Positions 10,513 to 20,344 of a DNA stretch of 64,000 nucleotides are shown one piece after another. The notes below the pieces were generated by a model. It ran no database searches, was not told where the DNA came from, and saw nothing but the letters and a program-made list of their open reading frames with translations. The translations under genes and the position numbers were made by a program. Numbering within the stretch: position 1 is the first letter of the stretch; each line of letters starts with the position of its first letter. The DNA comes from an uncultured bacterium. Its GTDB lineage: Bacteria > Bacteroidota > Bacteroidia > NS11-12g > UBA9320. The stretch lies in the NCBI GenBank assembly GCA_963991985.1, contig CAXDRX010000006.1:7499-71498 (forward strand). Reading direction: 5' to 3'.

Positions 10513-10762
10513 AATCCTTTTGATCCATCGAGTAAAAGATTTACCTGTATCTTTCGAAGAAGCTTTTGACTATGTCCTATTGGATCATTCGGTTGTGATT
10601 TCCGAAAGCCTTTTTGAAAAATTCCAAGAAAAAACCATTGTATCGATTGGCAAAGGAGATGTCCACGATAAAATTAATTATATCCCAAGCAAAAGAGAGG
10701 CACTAGATTTTATTGAAATGGATAAAATTGAAAAATTGCTTTTGGACGGAGATTCGGATTAG
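10487..10762 (+). CDS. Hypothetical small protein (~91 aa)
   Basis: The longer ORF 10367-10762 overlaps the SDR gene antisense. The internal ATG at 10487 (MNWKIIDK...) gives a plausible divergent small gene. I recognise no domain in it. Confidence 0.35.
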   Translation, partial: KMNWKIIDKILLIHRVKDLPVSFEEAFDYVLLDHSVVISESLFEKFQEKTIVSIGKGDVHDKINYIPSKREALDFIEMDKIEKLLLDGDSD

Positions 10763-10823
10763 TCAACCAAGGAAAAAGTCAATACAATAAGAAACAATAC
10801 CATATCCCATTCGTTACCTCTAC

Positions 10824-11618
10824 ATGCTTCACTTCGACCAATACTTAATTTCCCCTAAAGCACCTTGGGCGATTTTTGTGCATGGTGCTGGTGGAAGCAG
10901 CAATATTTGGTTCAAACAAGTCAGACATTTCCAAAAGAAGTTTAATGTATTGCTTTTGGACCTTAGGGGTCACGGAAAATCAAAACAGCTTTTTGCAAAA
11001 AGAGTTATAAAATATTCCTTTAAAGAAATAAGCAATGATGTTCTCGAAGTGATGGATCACTTAAACATAAAATCTGCCCATTTTATTGGAATTTCTCTGG
11101 GGACGATCATCATAAGGGAAATGGCAGAAAGGCATCCCGAAAGAATAGACAGTATGGTAATGGGTGGTGCCATTATGAAGTTGAACATCAGAGGGCAAAT
11201 TCTGATGCGCATGGGTTCGGCATTGAAAACCATTGTTCCTTATCTATTGCTTTATAAATTTTTTGCATTCATTATTATGCCCAAAAAAAAACATACAGAA
11301 TCAAGATCGCTTTTTGTAAATGAAGCCAAAAAGTTATATCAAAAAGAATTTAAGCGTTGGTTTAAGTTGGCTTCAGAAGTCAATCCCCTTTTGAAACTTT
11401 TTCGCATTAAGGATTGTGGCATACCAACCTTGTACATCATGGGAGAAGAAGACTATATGTTCTTGCCAAGCATCTCCAAACTGGTCGAAAAACATCATTC
11501 ATCAATACTTCAAGTAATTCCAAATTGTGGTCATGTAGTAAATGTTGAAAAACCTGATTTATTCAACCAAATGAGCATAGATTTCGCTTCAAAGTGGTCT
11601 GTATTGCAGCAATCCTAA
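10824..11618 (+). CDS. Alpha/beta-fold hydrolase
   Basis: Nucleophile-elbow sequence GISLGT, an N-terminal HGAGGS oxyanion region and a C-terminal His. 264 aa. Confidence 0.75.
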   Translation: MLHFDQYLISPKAPWAIFVHGAGGSSNIWFKQVRHFQKKFNVLLLDLRGHGKSKQLFAKRVIKYSFKEISNDVLEVMDHLNIKSAHFIGISLGTIIIREMAERHPERIDSMVMGGAIMKLNIRGQILMRMGSALKTIVPYLLLYKFFAFIIMPKKKHTESRSLFVNEAKKLYQKEFKRWFKLASEVNPLLKLFRIKDCGIPTLYIMGEEDYMFLPSISKLVEKHHSSILQVIPNCGHVVNVEKPDLFNQMSIDFASKWSVLQQS

Positions 11619-11897
11619 CTTGGTTTAAAAAAAAGTTTTAAATAAATTAACCAATGATTGTAAGTTGTTCATCAAAGACAGACATTATAAAAAGATAGAA
11701 AAACAAGCCCAAGGAAAAGAATTTGCTAAGTAAAATAAGCCACTTTGGGCAGTGGATTAAATTGCCGATCAAGAAATATGCAACAAGTACATTACAATTT
11801 TGATGGCTGTGATTCCAGATATTTAGCTCTGTAAGCATCGGTTAAATTTTTTATGGCCCTTTTTATTGATTATAAACCGACAAATACAAAAAGAGCT

Positions 11898-11905
11898 TAT
11901 TTTTG
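11898..11905 (+). promoter_or_regulatory. Bacteroidota -7 promoter element (TAttTTTG) for tRNA-Arg
   Basis: TATTTTTG matches the TAnnTTTG consensus and ends 7 nt before the predicted mature tRNA 5' end. Confidence 0.5.
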
Positions 11906-11911
11906 AATTTT

Positions 11912-11985
11912 GGCCTTGTAGCTCAATTGAATAGAGCACTTGATTACGGCTCAAGAGGTTTCAGGTTTGAATCCTGACAAGGTCG
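11912..11985 (+). tRNA. tRNA-Arg (anticodon ACG)
   Basis: Manual cloverleaf fold. Acceptor stem GGCCTTG/CAAGGTC with a G discriminator. D arm GCTC...GAGC. Anticodon stem CTTGA/TCAAG with loop TTACGGC (T33, ACG, purine 37). T arm AGGTTTGAATCCT. 74 nt with no encoded CCA. Confidence 0.8.
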
Positions 11986-12035
11986 CTGGTAAATTTTCAA
12001 AGCCATTTCAATTATAATAAATTGGAATACCTAAG

Positions 12036-13337
12036 CTACCTTATCATCAATTTTTGAGCACCCAATATTCTACCATTTTTTAAAAGCTTTGCCATATAGA
12101 CTCCTGTTCTCATTTCATTGGGCAAGGGCAAATGCATAACACCAAACTTTTTGATCTTTGAATTCAGAATAATCTTGCCTTGCATATCGACAATAGTAAT
12201 ACTTGAACCTTCCAACATAGGATTTGAAGTGCCAATCCATAGATGATTTTTGCAAGGATTTGGGAAGAGTAACATCTCACAATTTTCTTGGGGTAAAAGA
12301 AAAAATACATTTGAATAAGAAAAATTACCATTCCAGTCCGTTTGTTTGATTCTATAGACATAAGGCAATATAGGATTTATTTTATCCTCTATTTTATAAT
12401 TAGAGATACCTTGAATAGTACCCTTTCCCGGGATCTCCATACGTTTTGAAAATTTATCTTTCCATTGGATTTTTCTTTGTAATTCAAATTTTTGATTGTT
12501 TTCTTCCGAAGACGTTGCAAATCGTATGATTGCGTGGTCACCTTCTCTGTTGGCCTTACAAAATACCCAGGTAACGGGTAACGAACTTGATGGGGTTATA
12601 GAAAAATCATCGACACCAAGGGCCGCATCATACCCATTTCCGTCATTTCCCAGCCATCGAAACCATATTTCCTGACCATTATTCACATTGGCTTGAATGG
12701 TTGTTGAAAAAGACTTTCGCTGGGAAGATGCGTTGCCATTTAAGGCACCTGTAGTGGTAGACTTTTGGGGAGCTTCAAAACGCAAAGCACTGATTTGTGT
12801 CCAACCATTTGTTGAGTCATTTTTAGGCAGATTCCCAGTGCCAGAAAATACTTTGAAAAAAAACAAAAGTTGGTTGTTATTATCATTGGTTGAACCACCA
12901 CTGCGCCATTGCTCACCTACAAAAGAGATATTGAAGGACTTCAATGCATTCCCACTGCTGTTTTTAATTCTAAAACCTAGATTGAAATAATCGTTTGAAG
13001 CAGAGCCCACATAACCCAAAGCTCTTTCTGAACTTGAATTGGCTCCAAGTGAATAAACCTTACCGGAGTGGTCGCTTCCAGTGCTTGCTTTGTACACCGA
13101 AGAGTTTTTGTCAAAATGCTCCGAGTTCACATACCAAGCTCGTAAAGTACTGTTGTTTGAAAAGCTGTCTGAACCACTTTTGATTAATCCGTCAAAGCTT
13201 TGCGTGTAAGAGGCATTCACATTGATTTGATTTGTCCCTGCCCCACTGCCTACAACGGTGATCTGGGAAAAAGAGGCTGATTGAATGGATAAAAATATAA
13301 TCACTAAGGTTTCATTTCTCATTGTACCAAAGTACAA
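12036..13337 (-). CDS. Secreted protein with a type-A T9SS C-terminal sorting domain (Por_Secre_tail)
   Basis: Signal peptide; the likely start is the internal MRNETL at 13319. The C-terminus (LFPNP...ITIVDMQGKIIL...GVYMAKL...QKLMIR) matches the type-A T9SS sorting domain. A YRIKQTDWNGNFSYS beta-sandwich block precedes it. The roughly 300 aa N-terminal region has no domain I recognise. Confidence 0.7.
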   Translation of the reverse strand: MYFGTMRNETLVIIFLSIQSASFSQITVVGSGAGTNQINVNASYTQSFDGLIKSGSDSFSNNSTLRAWYVNSEHFDKNSSVYKASTGSDHSGKVYSLGANSSSERALGYVGSASNDYFNLGFRIKNSSGNALKSFNISFVGEQWRSGGSTNDNNNQLLFFFKVFSGTGNLPKNDSTNGWTQISALRFEAPQKSTTTGALNGNASSQRKSFSTTIQANVNNGQEIWFRWLGNDGNGYDAALGVDDFSITPSSSLPVTWVFCKANREGDHAIIRFATSSEENNQKFELQRKIQWKDKFSKRMEIPGKGTIQGISNYKIEDKINPILPYVYRIKQTDWNGNFSYSNVFFLLPQENCEMLLFPNPCKNHLWIGTSNPMLEGSSITIVDMQGKIILNSKIKKFGVMHLPLPNEMRTGVYMAKLLKNGRILGAQKLMIR

Positions 13338-13344
13338 TAAAAAA

Positions 13345-15093
13345 TCAAAATTTTATATCGACAACCTCCAATTGTAAATTTCTTTGATCCCTAAACATAT
13401 TAATTTCCAAATGAAAATATAGGTCCAATGCTTGATTTACTTCTAGCTTCGAAGCAAGTTGAGCCATACCAAAAGCTATGCATGGAATTGTACTTGTGGC
13501 ATGTAAAATTTCCAATTTGAGATGCTCTTTGTCTTGACCAATCAATTGATAACGATAGTTTACAACTTTTTTAAGCAAAAAGACGGGTCGCATATTTCGA
13601 GGTCCAAAAGGGGCCATTTTTTCAATTTCTGCAGCCAATTTACCCGTAATGTCTTCCATTTTTAATTCTGCATCGTAGGTCGCCTTGGGGGTAAAATCTT
13701 CTTCGGAAAGCGTATTTAGTACAATTTGTTCAAATTTTGCTTCCAAAGCAGGTAAATTGTCCTTCTTTACAGTTAAACCAGCGGCATAATAGTGCCCTCC
13801 AAACTGTTCCAAAATATCCGCACATTGGTTCAATCCGTTGTGCATGTCAAAATTGGGAATACTTCTCGCCGAACCCACCAAAAGTTGATCACTTTTTTCT
13901 GTCAGGACAATGGTTGGTCGAAAAACATATTCTAACAGTCTTGAAGCCACAATACCAATGACCCCTTTGTGCCAATGCTTTTGATATACTACTGTGCTTT
14001 TTGCATCTTTTTTGATTAATGATAGTGCTTCTGCACTCACTTCTTTATCCAATTCCTGCCTTTTCTTATTCAAGCTATTAAGCTTGTCAAAATGTTCTTG
14101 CCCACCCTCGAGCAAAGTTCTTACTGCTTGCTTTGCATGCCATATTCTTCCAGCGGCATTAATACGTGGCCCTATTTTAAAAACCAAATCATGCGTTTTG
14201 ACAGGTCGATTGCCAATGACCAAATCTCTAAACAACTTTAAACCCCCAAAGGGATTCTCGGCCAATTTCTTCATTCCAAGATATGTAAGCACCCTATTTT
14301 CATCCGTCATTTCCACCAAATCGGAGGCAATACTAACAGCAACTAGATCAATTTTATCTGTATAACTTTCAATATTTAAGTGAAAATGTTCTGCCAAAGC
14401 TTGACACAGTTTAAAACCTATCCCACAACCGGAAAGTTCTTTAAATGGATATTTGCAATCTTTTTGCTTTGGGTTCAAAATGGCATGCGCCTTGGGTAAA
14501 ATTTCACCGGGCATGTGATGATCGCAAACAATAAAGTCTATGCCAAGGTCATTGGCATAGTCAATCAGTTCAATGGATCGAATTCCACAATCAAGTGCAA
14601 TAATTAGTGATGAATTGTTTTCTTTGGCCCAATGTATTCCTTGCTGGCTTATACCATATCCTTCTTTTTCCCTTTCAGGAATATAATAATCTACCTGCGC
14701 TCCTAATTCACTCAAAAAGGAAAAAACGAGAACAACCGATGTAGTGCCATCGACATCGTAATCGCCATAAATCAAAATTTTTTGATTCTTTTCCAAAGCT
14801 GAAGCGATCCGTAGGACCGCCTTTTGCATATTTTTCATATGGAAAGGATTGTGCAATTGGTCGAGCATAGGCAAAAAATAGCGCTTCGCAGAACCAATAT
14901 TATTAATGCCTTTTTGATTAAGCAACGTTGCCATTACTGGGCTAAAGCCCAATTCCTCAAAAATTTGACTGCTGTTGGTAGAATTTGCATTTCTCCCTTT
15001 TTGCCATTGGAAATTGAGTTTTTTCAAGGCCCAATAATAATGAATTAAACTTTTGATAATAAATAGTAAATAACTTTTTACGTGTAAGCTCAA
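13345..15093 (-). CDS. recJ: Single-stranded-DNA-specific exonuclease RecJ
   Basis: DHH motifs (IYGDYDVDGTTS, DHH) and a DHHA1 region. 582 aa. Confidence 0.9.
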   Translation of the reverse strand: MSLHVKSYLLFIIKSLIHYYWALKKLNFQWQKGRNANSTNSSQIFEELGFSPVMATLLNQKGINNIGSAKRYFLPMLDQLHNPFHMKNMQKAVLRIASALEKNQKILIYGDYDVDGTTSVVLVFSFLSELGAQVDYYIPEREKEGYGISQQGIHWAKENNSSLIIALDCGIRSIELIDYANDLGIDFIVCDHHMPGEILPKAHAILNPKQKDCKYPFKELSGCGIGFKLCQALAEHFHLNIESYTDKIDLVAVSIASDLVEMTDENRVLTYLGMKKLAENPFGGLKLFRDLVIGNRPVKTHDLVFKIGPRINAAGRIWHAKQAVRTLLEGGQEHFDKLNSLNKKRQELDKEVSAEALSLIKKDAKSTVVYQKHWHKGVIGIVASRLLEYVFRPTIVLTEKSDQLLVGSARSIPNFDMHNGLNQCADILEQFGGHYYAAGLTVKKDNLPALEAKFEQIVLNTLSEEDFTPKATYDAELKMEDITGKLAAEIEKMAPFGPRNMRPVFLLKKVVNYRYQLIGQDKEHLKLEILHATSTIPCIAFGMAQLASKLEVNQALDLYFHLEINMFRDQRNLQLEVVDIKF

Positions 15094-16464
15094 ATGAAAT
15101 ACTTAAAATTGAGTTTGACATTTGGTATTATGCCACGAAAAAAGAAAGAGAAAAAAATTTATGTACTTGATACATCGGTTATCTTATTTGACCATCAATC
15201 ATTGCTGAATTTTGAAGAAAATGATATTGCAATACCCATAACTGTTTTGGAAGAATTGGACAATTTCAAAAGAGGAAATGATACAAAAAATTTTGAAGCA
15301 CGTCAGTTTATTCGATTGGTAGATAAGTTATCGCAAGAAAATTCGCTTTTGAATTGGATTGTCCTTCCCCGACCCGCTTTGGGCAAATTCAAAGTAATAT
15401 TGAATCAAACCAATTTAAAAATTGACACCCAAAGCATTTTTGAAGATAGAAAAAATGATCACAAAATAATCAATGCTGCATTATTGGTTAAGCAAGAACA
15501 ACCGGAAGCAAAAGTAACTTTGGTCACCAAAGACATCAATCTAAGACTGAAAGCTAATGCACTCAACTTAAACGCCGAAGACTATAAAACCGGAAAAATT
15601 AAAGATGTAAAAACGCTGTTTACCGGTATTCAAAAAATTGAAAATGTGGATTCGGAAGACATAAAAGAACTATACTCAAAAGGTTTGCTGAAGAAACTGA
15701 AGGAGATTGAGAATCCAATAAACAATCATTTCTATATTCTTAAAAATGGGTCATCCAGCTCTTTGGCTTATTTCAATCCAAAAGATAAACAATTGGAACG
15801 AGTTGAAAAAAACTATATCTATGGAATCAAGCCAAAAAATGCAGAACAAACTTTTGCCATCAACGCTTTGATGAATGACGATATTAAGCTAGTAACTATT
15901 CAAGGTGTAGCTGGGACAGGAAAAACTTTATTGTCGCTCGCTGCAGCACTAGAGCAAAAAAATAGATACCACCAAATCATTCTTGCCCGTCCAATCATTC
16001 CGTTGAGCAACAGAGACATTGGCTTTCTACCTGGAGACGCAGAAGAGAAAATCTCCCCTTACATGGAGCCTCTTTGGGACAATCTAAAGTTTATCAAAAG
16101 CTTGTACAAACAAAACGAAAAGAAATTTAAAGCATTGGAAAGCATGGTAGAAGAAGAAAAAATACTGATTACTCCGCTTGCATTTATTCGTGGAAGAAGC
16201 TTTTCAAATATCATCTTTATAATTGATGAGGCTCAAAATCTCACCCCTCACGAAATAAAGACCATTGTAACAAGAGCTGGAGAAAATACTAAAATTATTT
16301 TCACAGGTGATGTGCATCAAATTGACACCCCTTATTTGGATGAGCAAAGCAATGGACTAAGTTATCTAATAGATAAAATGAAAGGGCAAGGCATCTTTGC
16401 GCATGTAACACTACAAAGAGGAGAACGTTCAGAATTGGCCAATTTGGCAAATGATTTGTTATAA
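15094..16464 (+). CDS. PhoH-like ATPase with N-terminal PIN domain (YlaK family)
   Basis: N-terminal PIN (YVLDTSVIL...). The C-terminal PhoH P-loop is GVAGTGKT with Walker B IIDEAQN. Confidence 0.85.
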   Translation: MKYLKLSLTFGIMPRKKKEKKIYVLDTSVILFDHQSLLNFEENDIAIPITVLEELDNFKRGNDTKNFEARQFIRLVDKLSQENSLLNWIVLPRPALGKFKVILNQTNLKIDTQSIFEDRKNDHKIINAALLVKQEQPEAKVTLVTKDINLRLKANALNLNAEDYKTGKIKDVKTLFTGIQKIENVDSEDIKELYSKGLLKKLKEIENPINNHFYILKNGSSSSLAYFNPKDKQLERVEKNYIYGIKPKNAEQTFAINALMNDDIKLVTIQGVAGTGKTLLSLAAALEQKNRYHQIILARPIIPLSNRDIGFLPGDAEEKISPYMEPLWDNLKFIKSLYKQNEKKFKALESMVEEEKILITPLAFIRGRSFSNIIFIIDEAQNLTPHEIKTIVTRAGENTKIIFTGDVHQIDTPYLDEQSNGLSYLIDKMKGQGIFAHVTLQRGERSELANLANDLL

Positions 16465-16473
16465 ATAGAGTAA

Positions 16474-17835
16474 ATGGTTCTTTCGGTCGTCGACATCGAA
16501 ACTACAGGTGGATCACATGGCAATTATCCTACTGAATTTGCATGCTACAAATTGGTAGATGGCGAAATAACCAGTGCTTATACCTCTTTAATTAAACCGC
16601 CTGTTGATATTCCACCATTCATTCAGAAATTAACCGGAATTCGATCAGATATGCTGGAGGATGCGCCAACTTTTGAAGAAATTGCCCCAGAAATTTTTAA
16701 TTTTTTGAAAGAGACAACTTTTGTGGCACACAATGTAGCCTTTGACTATGGAGTATTAAAGTCGGCATTTGAAAGGGTAAATACAACATTTAACCTAGAA
16801 CGGCTGTGCACCATTCAGATGGCAAGAAAAGTTTTTCCAAATGAGCGATCCTATTCTTTAGGGAAATTATGCAAAGCCCTAGATATTCCATTGGAAAATC
16901 GCCACCGTGCGCACGGTGATGCGCTTGCAACGGCCCATTTGATGAAAAAAATTTTAGCCCATGACAGTGGGATTCTTCAACACAATTTTCAGCAAAACAA
17001 AAAACAGATAGCTATACCATCCCATTTAGAACCTACACAATTTGAAAATCTGCCAAACAATAGTGGTGTTTATTTTTTTCTAGATCAAAATAAAAAACCG
17101 CTATACATAGGAAAAGCAAAAGATATCAAACGAAGGGTTTACCAGCATTTTACAGAAAATACTTCAAAAAAAGCTGAACTAAAAAAAAATATCTATCACC
17201 TAGATTACCTCATCTCGGGAAGTGAATTGCTGGCAGAGCTAATTGAATCAGAAGAAATAAAAAAGCATTGGCCACCTTTTAATAAAATTCAAAAACACAC
17301 CAGTTACACATTTTCAATTTTTTCATATAAAAATCAAATTGGAGCGATTCGTTTGGGTATCGAAAAAAATGATTTGGTAAAAAATCCACTAATCAGTTTT
17401 TCTAACCTAGGCGAATGTTATCGTTTTTTGGATGATCTCTCACGAGAATTTGGTCTGTGCCAAAAGCTCATTTCCGGAAAAAGTAAGGCAAAAGATTGCT
17501 TACGTTGTCAAAAATATGGTTACAAATGTCCCAGAACCAAGGATGATTTTATTGCGCACAATGAGCGAATGAAAAAGGCGATAAGTAGTTTTTTACCACT
17601 CAATGGAAACTTTTTAATTTTAGAAAAAGGAAGAAATGAGCAAGAAAAAGCTCTCATTTGGGTCCAAAATTTGATTTATAAGGGGTTTGCCTTTGTTCCC
17701 CTATCGCATAAAATTCAAACCGAAAATGATTTTTTACCATTTTTGGTCCCACAAAAAAACAACAATGATGTTCAAAGAATTTTAAAGAAATATTTAAGAA
17801 GGAAAATATTTCCTCAATTAATGTCCATAAAATAA
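16474..17835 (+). CDS. DEDDh 3'-5' exonuclease (DnaQ-like) fused to a GIY-YIG (Cho/UvrC-like) endonuclease domain
   Basis: Exo I VVDIETTG, Exo II HNVAFDYGVL and Exo III HRAHGDALA. A GIY-YIG block follows (GVYFFLDQNKKPLYIGKAKDIKRRVYQH). There is a Cys-rich C-terminal region. Confidence 0.8.
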   Translation: MVLSVVDIETTGGSHGNYPTEFACYKLVDGEITSAYTSLIKPPVDIPPFIQKLTGIRSDMLEDAPTFEEIAPEIFNFLKETTFVAHNVAFDYGVLKSAFERVNTTFNLERLCTIQMARKVFPNERSYSLGKLCKALDIPLENRHRAHGDALATAHLMKKILAHDSGILQHNFQQNKKQIAIPSHLEPTQFENLPNNSGVYFFLDQNKKPLYIGKAKDIKRRVYQHFTENTSKKAELKKNIYHLDYLISGSELLAELIESEEIKKHWPPFNKIQKHTSYTFSIFSYKNQIGAIRLGIEKNDLVKNPLISFSNLGECYRFLDDLSREFGLCQKLISGKSKAKDCLRCQKYGYKCPRTKDDFIAHNERMKKAISSFLPLNGNFLILEKGRNEQEKALIWVQNLIYKGFAFVPLSHKIQTENDFLPFLVPQKNNNDVQRILKKYLRRKIFPQLMSIK

Positions 17836-17836
17836 A

Positions 17837-17863
17837 AAAGGCCTTACGAGATGTAAAGCCTTT
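17837..17863. terminator. Hairpin between convergent genes, likely an intrinsic terminator (bidirectional)
   Basis: AAAGGCCTTA-cgagatg-TAAAGCCTTT is a 10-bp stem with one mismatch. An A-run lies upstream, which reads as a T-run for minus-strand gldN transcripts. It sits between the Exo/GIY-YIG stop and the gldN stop. Confidence 0.45.
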
Positions 17864-17888
17864 CAATATAATTTACTTAAAGTATTGA

Positions 17889-18737
17889 TTAATATTCCCA
17901 AAGATCGTGCTCGAGAATAAACAACTGATTCTTAATTCGATCACTTTCCAGCAACAATCTCACTCCGTCTTCTTCAAATTGCTCCATGTATTTCAAATCA
18001 ATATCGTCCTGATTGCTCTGCTTTACAATGTAGCTCGAAAACATCCGCATCTGAAAGAAATCATCAAAACTAATTCTTGCAGCATCGTTGAAACGGTTGA
18101 AAAGTTCTTGATTTACAAAGATTGGCCGCAAGTCGTCTAGTTTTGCATAAAATAAAGGTTGGTCCCCCAATTCAACACCACCAACAACAGGCCGATAAAG
18201 AGGAGCTATTGCGATAATTCTTGCCCTAAAATCTCCATAATTATAATCAAACAACCAATCTTCCATTATTCTGTATTTCGTAATATATTTAGATTCAAAG
18301 GGAATATCAATTGTCGTATCGATAACCATATCAGGATCGTCTGGATACAAAGGATCTTGGATGGTAGTATTTTCTTTAACGATACCCCTTTCGGCTACTT
18401 CCTCGGGAGTATAAAAAGAGGAAAGAGAATCACTTTTGTATGCTTTTACTTCACCATCCATAACTGCTTCATAAATAATTTTATGCAATGGATTTCTTGG
18501 CCAATGCATTACCTTATTTTGTTTTTCTCTGGTATCAATTATTCTATGAATTCTTTTGGCATATTTAATGTTTCCCTCACGAATAAAGCGGTAGGGAATC
18601 ACTTGTCTTTCTTTGACAGCCGACTTATAATAGGTAAAGTCTTCATAGCTACTTTGTGAAAATACAGTTTTTGGGCCTACTATAAAAAATAGAACCAAGC
18701 CGATGAAAATGATTTTGAAATGATTTCTCTTATTCAT
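17889..18737 (-). CDS. gldN: Gliding motility / T9SS protein GldN (PorN)
   Basis: Signal peptide, about 280 aa, and last gene of a gldKLMN-ordered operon. The sequence is consistent with GldN. Confidence 0.8.
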   Translation of the reverse strand: MNKRNHFKIIFIGLVLFFIVGPKTVFSQSSYEDFTYYKSAVKERQVIPYRFIREGNIKYAKRIHRIIDTREKQNKVMHWPRNPLHKIIYEAVMDGEVKAYKSDSLSSFYTPEEVAERGIVKENTTIQDPLYPDDPDMVIDTTIDIPFESKYITKYRIMEDWLFDYNYGDFRARIIAIAPLYRPVVGGVELGDQPLFYAKLDDLRPIFVNQELFNRFNDAARISFDDFFQMRMFSSYIVKQSNQDDIDLKYMEQFEEDGVRLLLESDRIKNQLFILEHDLWEY

Positions 18738-18742
18738 ATTTA

Positions 18743-20308
18743 TTATCTGGTTATGTCGAACACCAAAGGATCTAATCTTTTACCACCACCTGGACCAGTA
18801 GCCTTGATGTCGGAAAAAATAACTTTATCACCTTGAGATGCTTGACTTATTACGGACTTTACAGAACCCAAAGATGCTCCATTAACCGAGCGTGTTACGG
18901 GAGGTCTTCTTTTGGGAACCAAAGTCATATTAAAACTTGTCACCTTGTAACGAATTCCTTCAAAAACGAAGTTGTCCATCACGGCTCTCATTGAGTTTTG
19001 TGCAATTAAAGAGGCTTTGGAGGTTGCTCCACTTCCTTGAGGTATGACAACAGCTTTAGGTCTTGGAACATTTTTGATTCGGTATTTCATGGTTCCTCTA
19101 ACCTTTCCATCAACCATGGCGGATATCACGGCCTCTCGTGTACCCCTCCTGACCTTGGCAATGTAAGAACCCTTACCTTTTCTAGTGAGCGTTCCTCCGC
19201 GCATCACAACATTTACTGCATTTGGGTTTGCACCTGGCACTGAGACTGATATTGGATTTTCCAATCCAATGTACAGTACGTTCATGGCATCTGCCGAAAT
19301 GGTAGCTGTCCCTTGGAATGCCTGATATTCAGCCTCAAAAGGAAGATTTTTGTCTCCTTTTTTTGTTTTCAATACAATATTTCCGCCCCATTTCCGCGTT
19401 CCAACATTACTCGGACGAACAGTGTATGATGCGATACCATCAACTACTTCCAATTCTGTTCCTCCTTCTAATACAACCTGATGATTGGACTTGGAACTAA
19501 ACGCAGTAAGAATGATGTCTGCTTTGTACTCTTCTCCCACCATGACGTAACTTGTGGGCGCGACAACTGTAGCTACAAATTTGTCGAAACTAACCTCTTC
19601 CTCTGAAACATTTGACATAAGAGCTTTCACAGCTGCTGCCTCAAAGTTTTTCACATCAGTTTTGATTTTTTCAATCATAGCTAAAGAACCCGCCGCAGGA
19701 TTGTGCTCAAAATATTTCGAGACCCATGATTGTTTGTCTCCCTTTGGCACCAATGTGAACAAGCCAGAACTCTGTTCCATTTGATTGACCATTTTTTGAG
19801 GCAATCTACTATTGGAATCGCCAGTCGTTAAGAGCTTAACCATGTTTTTTCGGTAATCATTGATTTTTCGTTCAAACTCAATCCCTCTACCACCTTCTTT
19901 TCCATTGTAGTTTTCCACCATAAAATAGTTGGCGTGAGACTCCATATCATCTGCATTTTTTATTTCTCCTGCCATTTGACCATCTGTTATTCGTCCACCT
20001 GCTCCCTCTTCTACATCTTTTTTTACTTTATTCATATAAGTCATAAAAGAGCCTGTAGTACTTCTCACTTCCTCTGCCTTTGCATATAATGGTCGAAGTG
20101 AAGGATCATTCTTCTGTTGTTTGTTAAAAGTAGCCATTAATGAGTTGGTACTTTTATTTACGTTGTCCTGCGCTTTTTCGAAGCTACTTTCAAACAATTG
20201 AAAAGATTTTAAGATCTCCTTTGAAACGTTCAAGGCCAATAAGGCAATCAACACGAGATACATCATGTTGATCATCTTCTGCCTTGGTGATAAATTTCCG
20301 GATGCCAT
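18743..20308 (-). CDS. gldM: Gliding motility / T9SS protein GldM (PorM)
   Basis: The N-terminus (MASGNLSPRQKMINMMYLVLIALLALNVSKEIL) is the conserved GldM/PorM TM-anchor signature. 521 aa. Confidence 0.9.
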   Translation of the reverse strand: MASGNLSPRQKMINMMYLVLIALLALNVSKEILKSFQLFESSFEKAQDNVNKSTNSLMATFNKQQKNDPSLRPLYAKAEEVRSTTGSFMTYMNKVKKDVEEGAGGRITDGQMAGEIKNADDMESHANYFMVENYNGKEGGRGIEFERKINDYRKNMVKLLTTGDSNSRLPQKMVNQMEQSSGLFTLVPKGDKQSWVSKYFEHNPAAGSLAMIEKIKTDVKNFEAAAVKALMSNVSEEEVSFDKFVATVVAPTSYVMVGEEYKADIILTAFSSKSNHQVVLEGGTELEVVDGIASYTVRPSNVGTRKWGGNIVLKTKKGDKNLPFEAEYQAFQGTATISADAMNVLYIGLENPISVSVPGANPNAVNVVMRGGTLTRKGKGSYIAKVRRGTREAVISAMVDGKVRGTMKYRIKNVPRPKAVVIPQGSGATSKASLIAQNSMRAVMDNFVFEGIRYKVTSFNMTLVPKRRPPVTRSVNGASLGSVKSVISQASQGDKVIFSDIKATGPGGGKRLDPLVFDITR

Positions 20309-20344
20309 TGTTTATTCTATATTCTAAACGATTTTATCTCGAGA

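Noticed and set aside
11647-11838. 63-aa ORF in the intergenic region upstream of tRNA-Arg
   Set aside because: Hydrophobic and low-complexity, with no start context or conservation signal. It is more likely non-coding promoter or spacer DNA.
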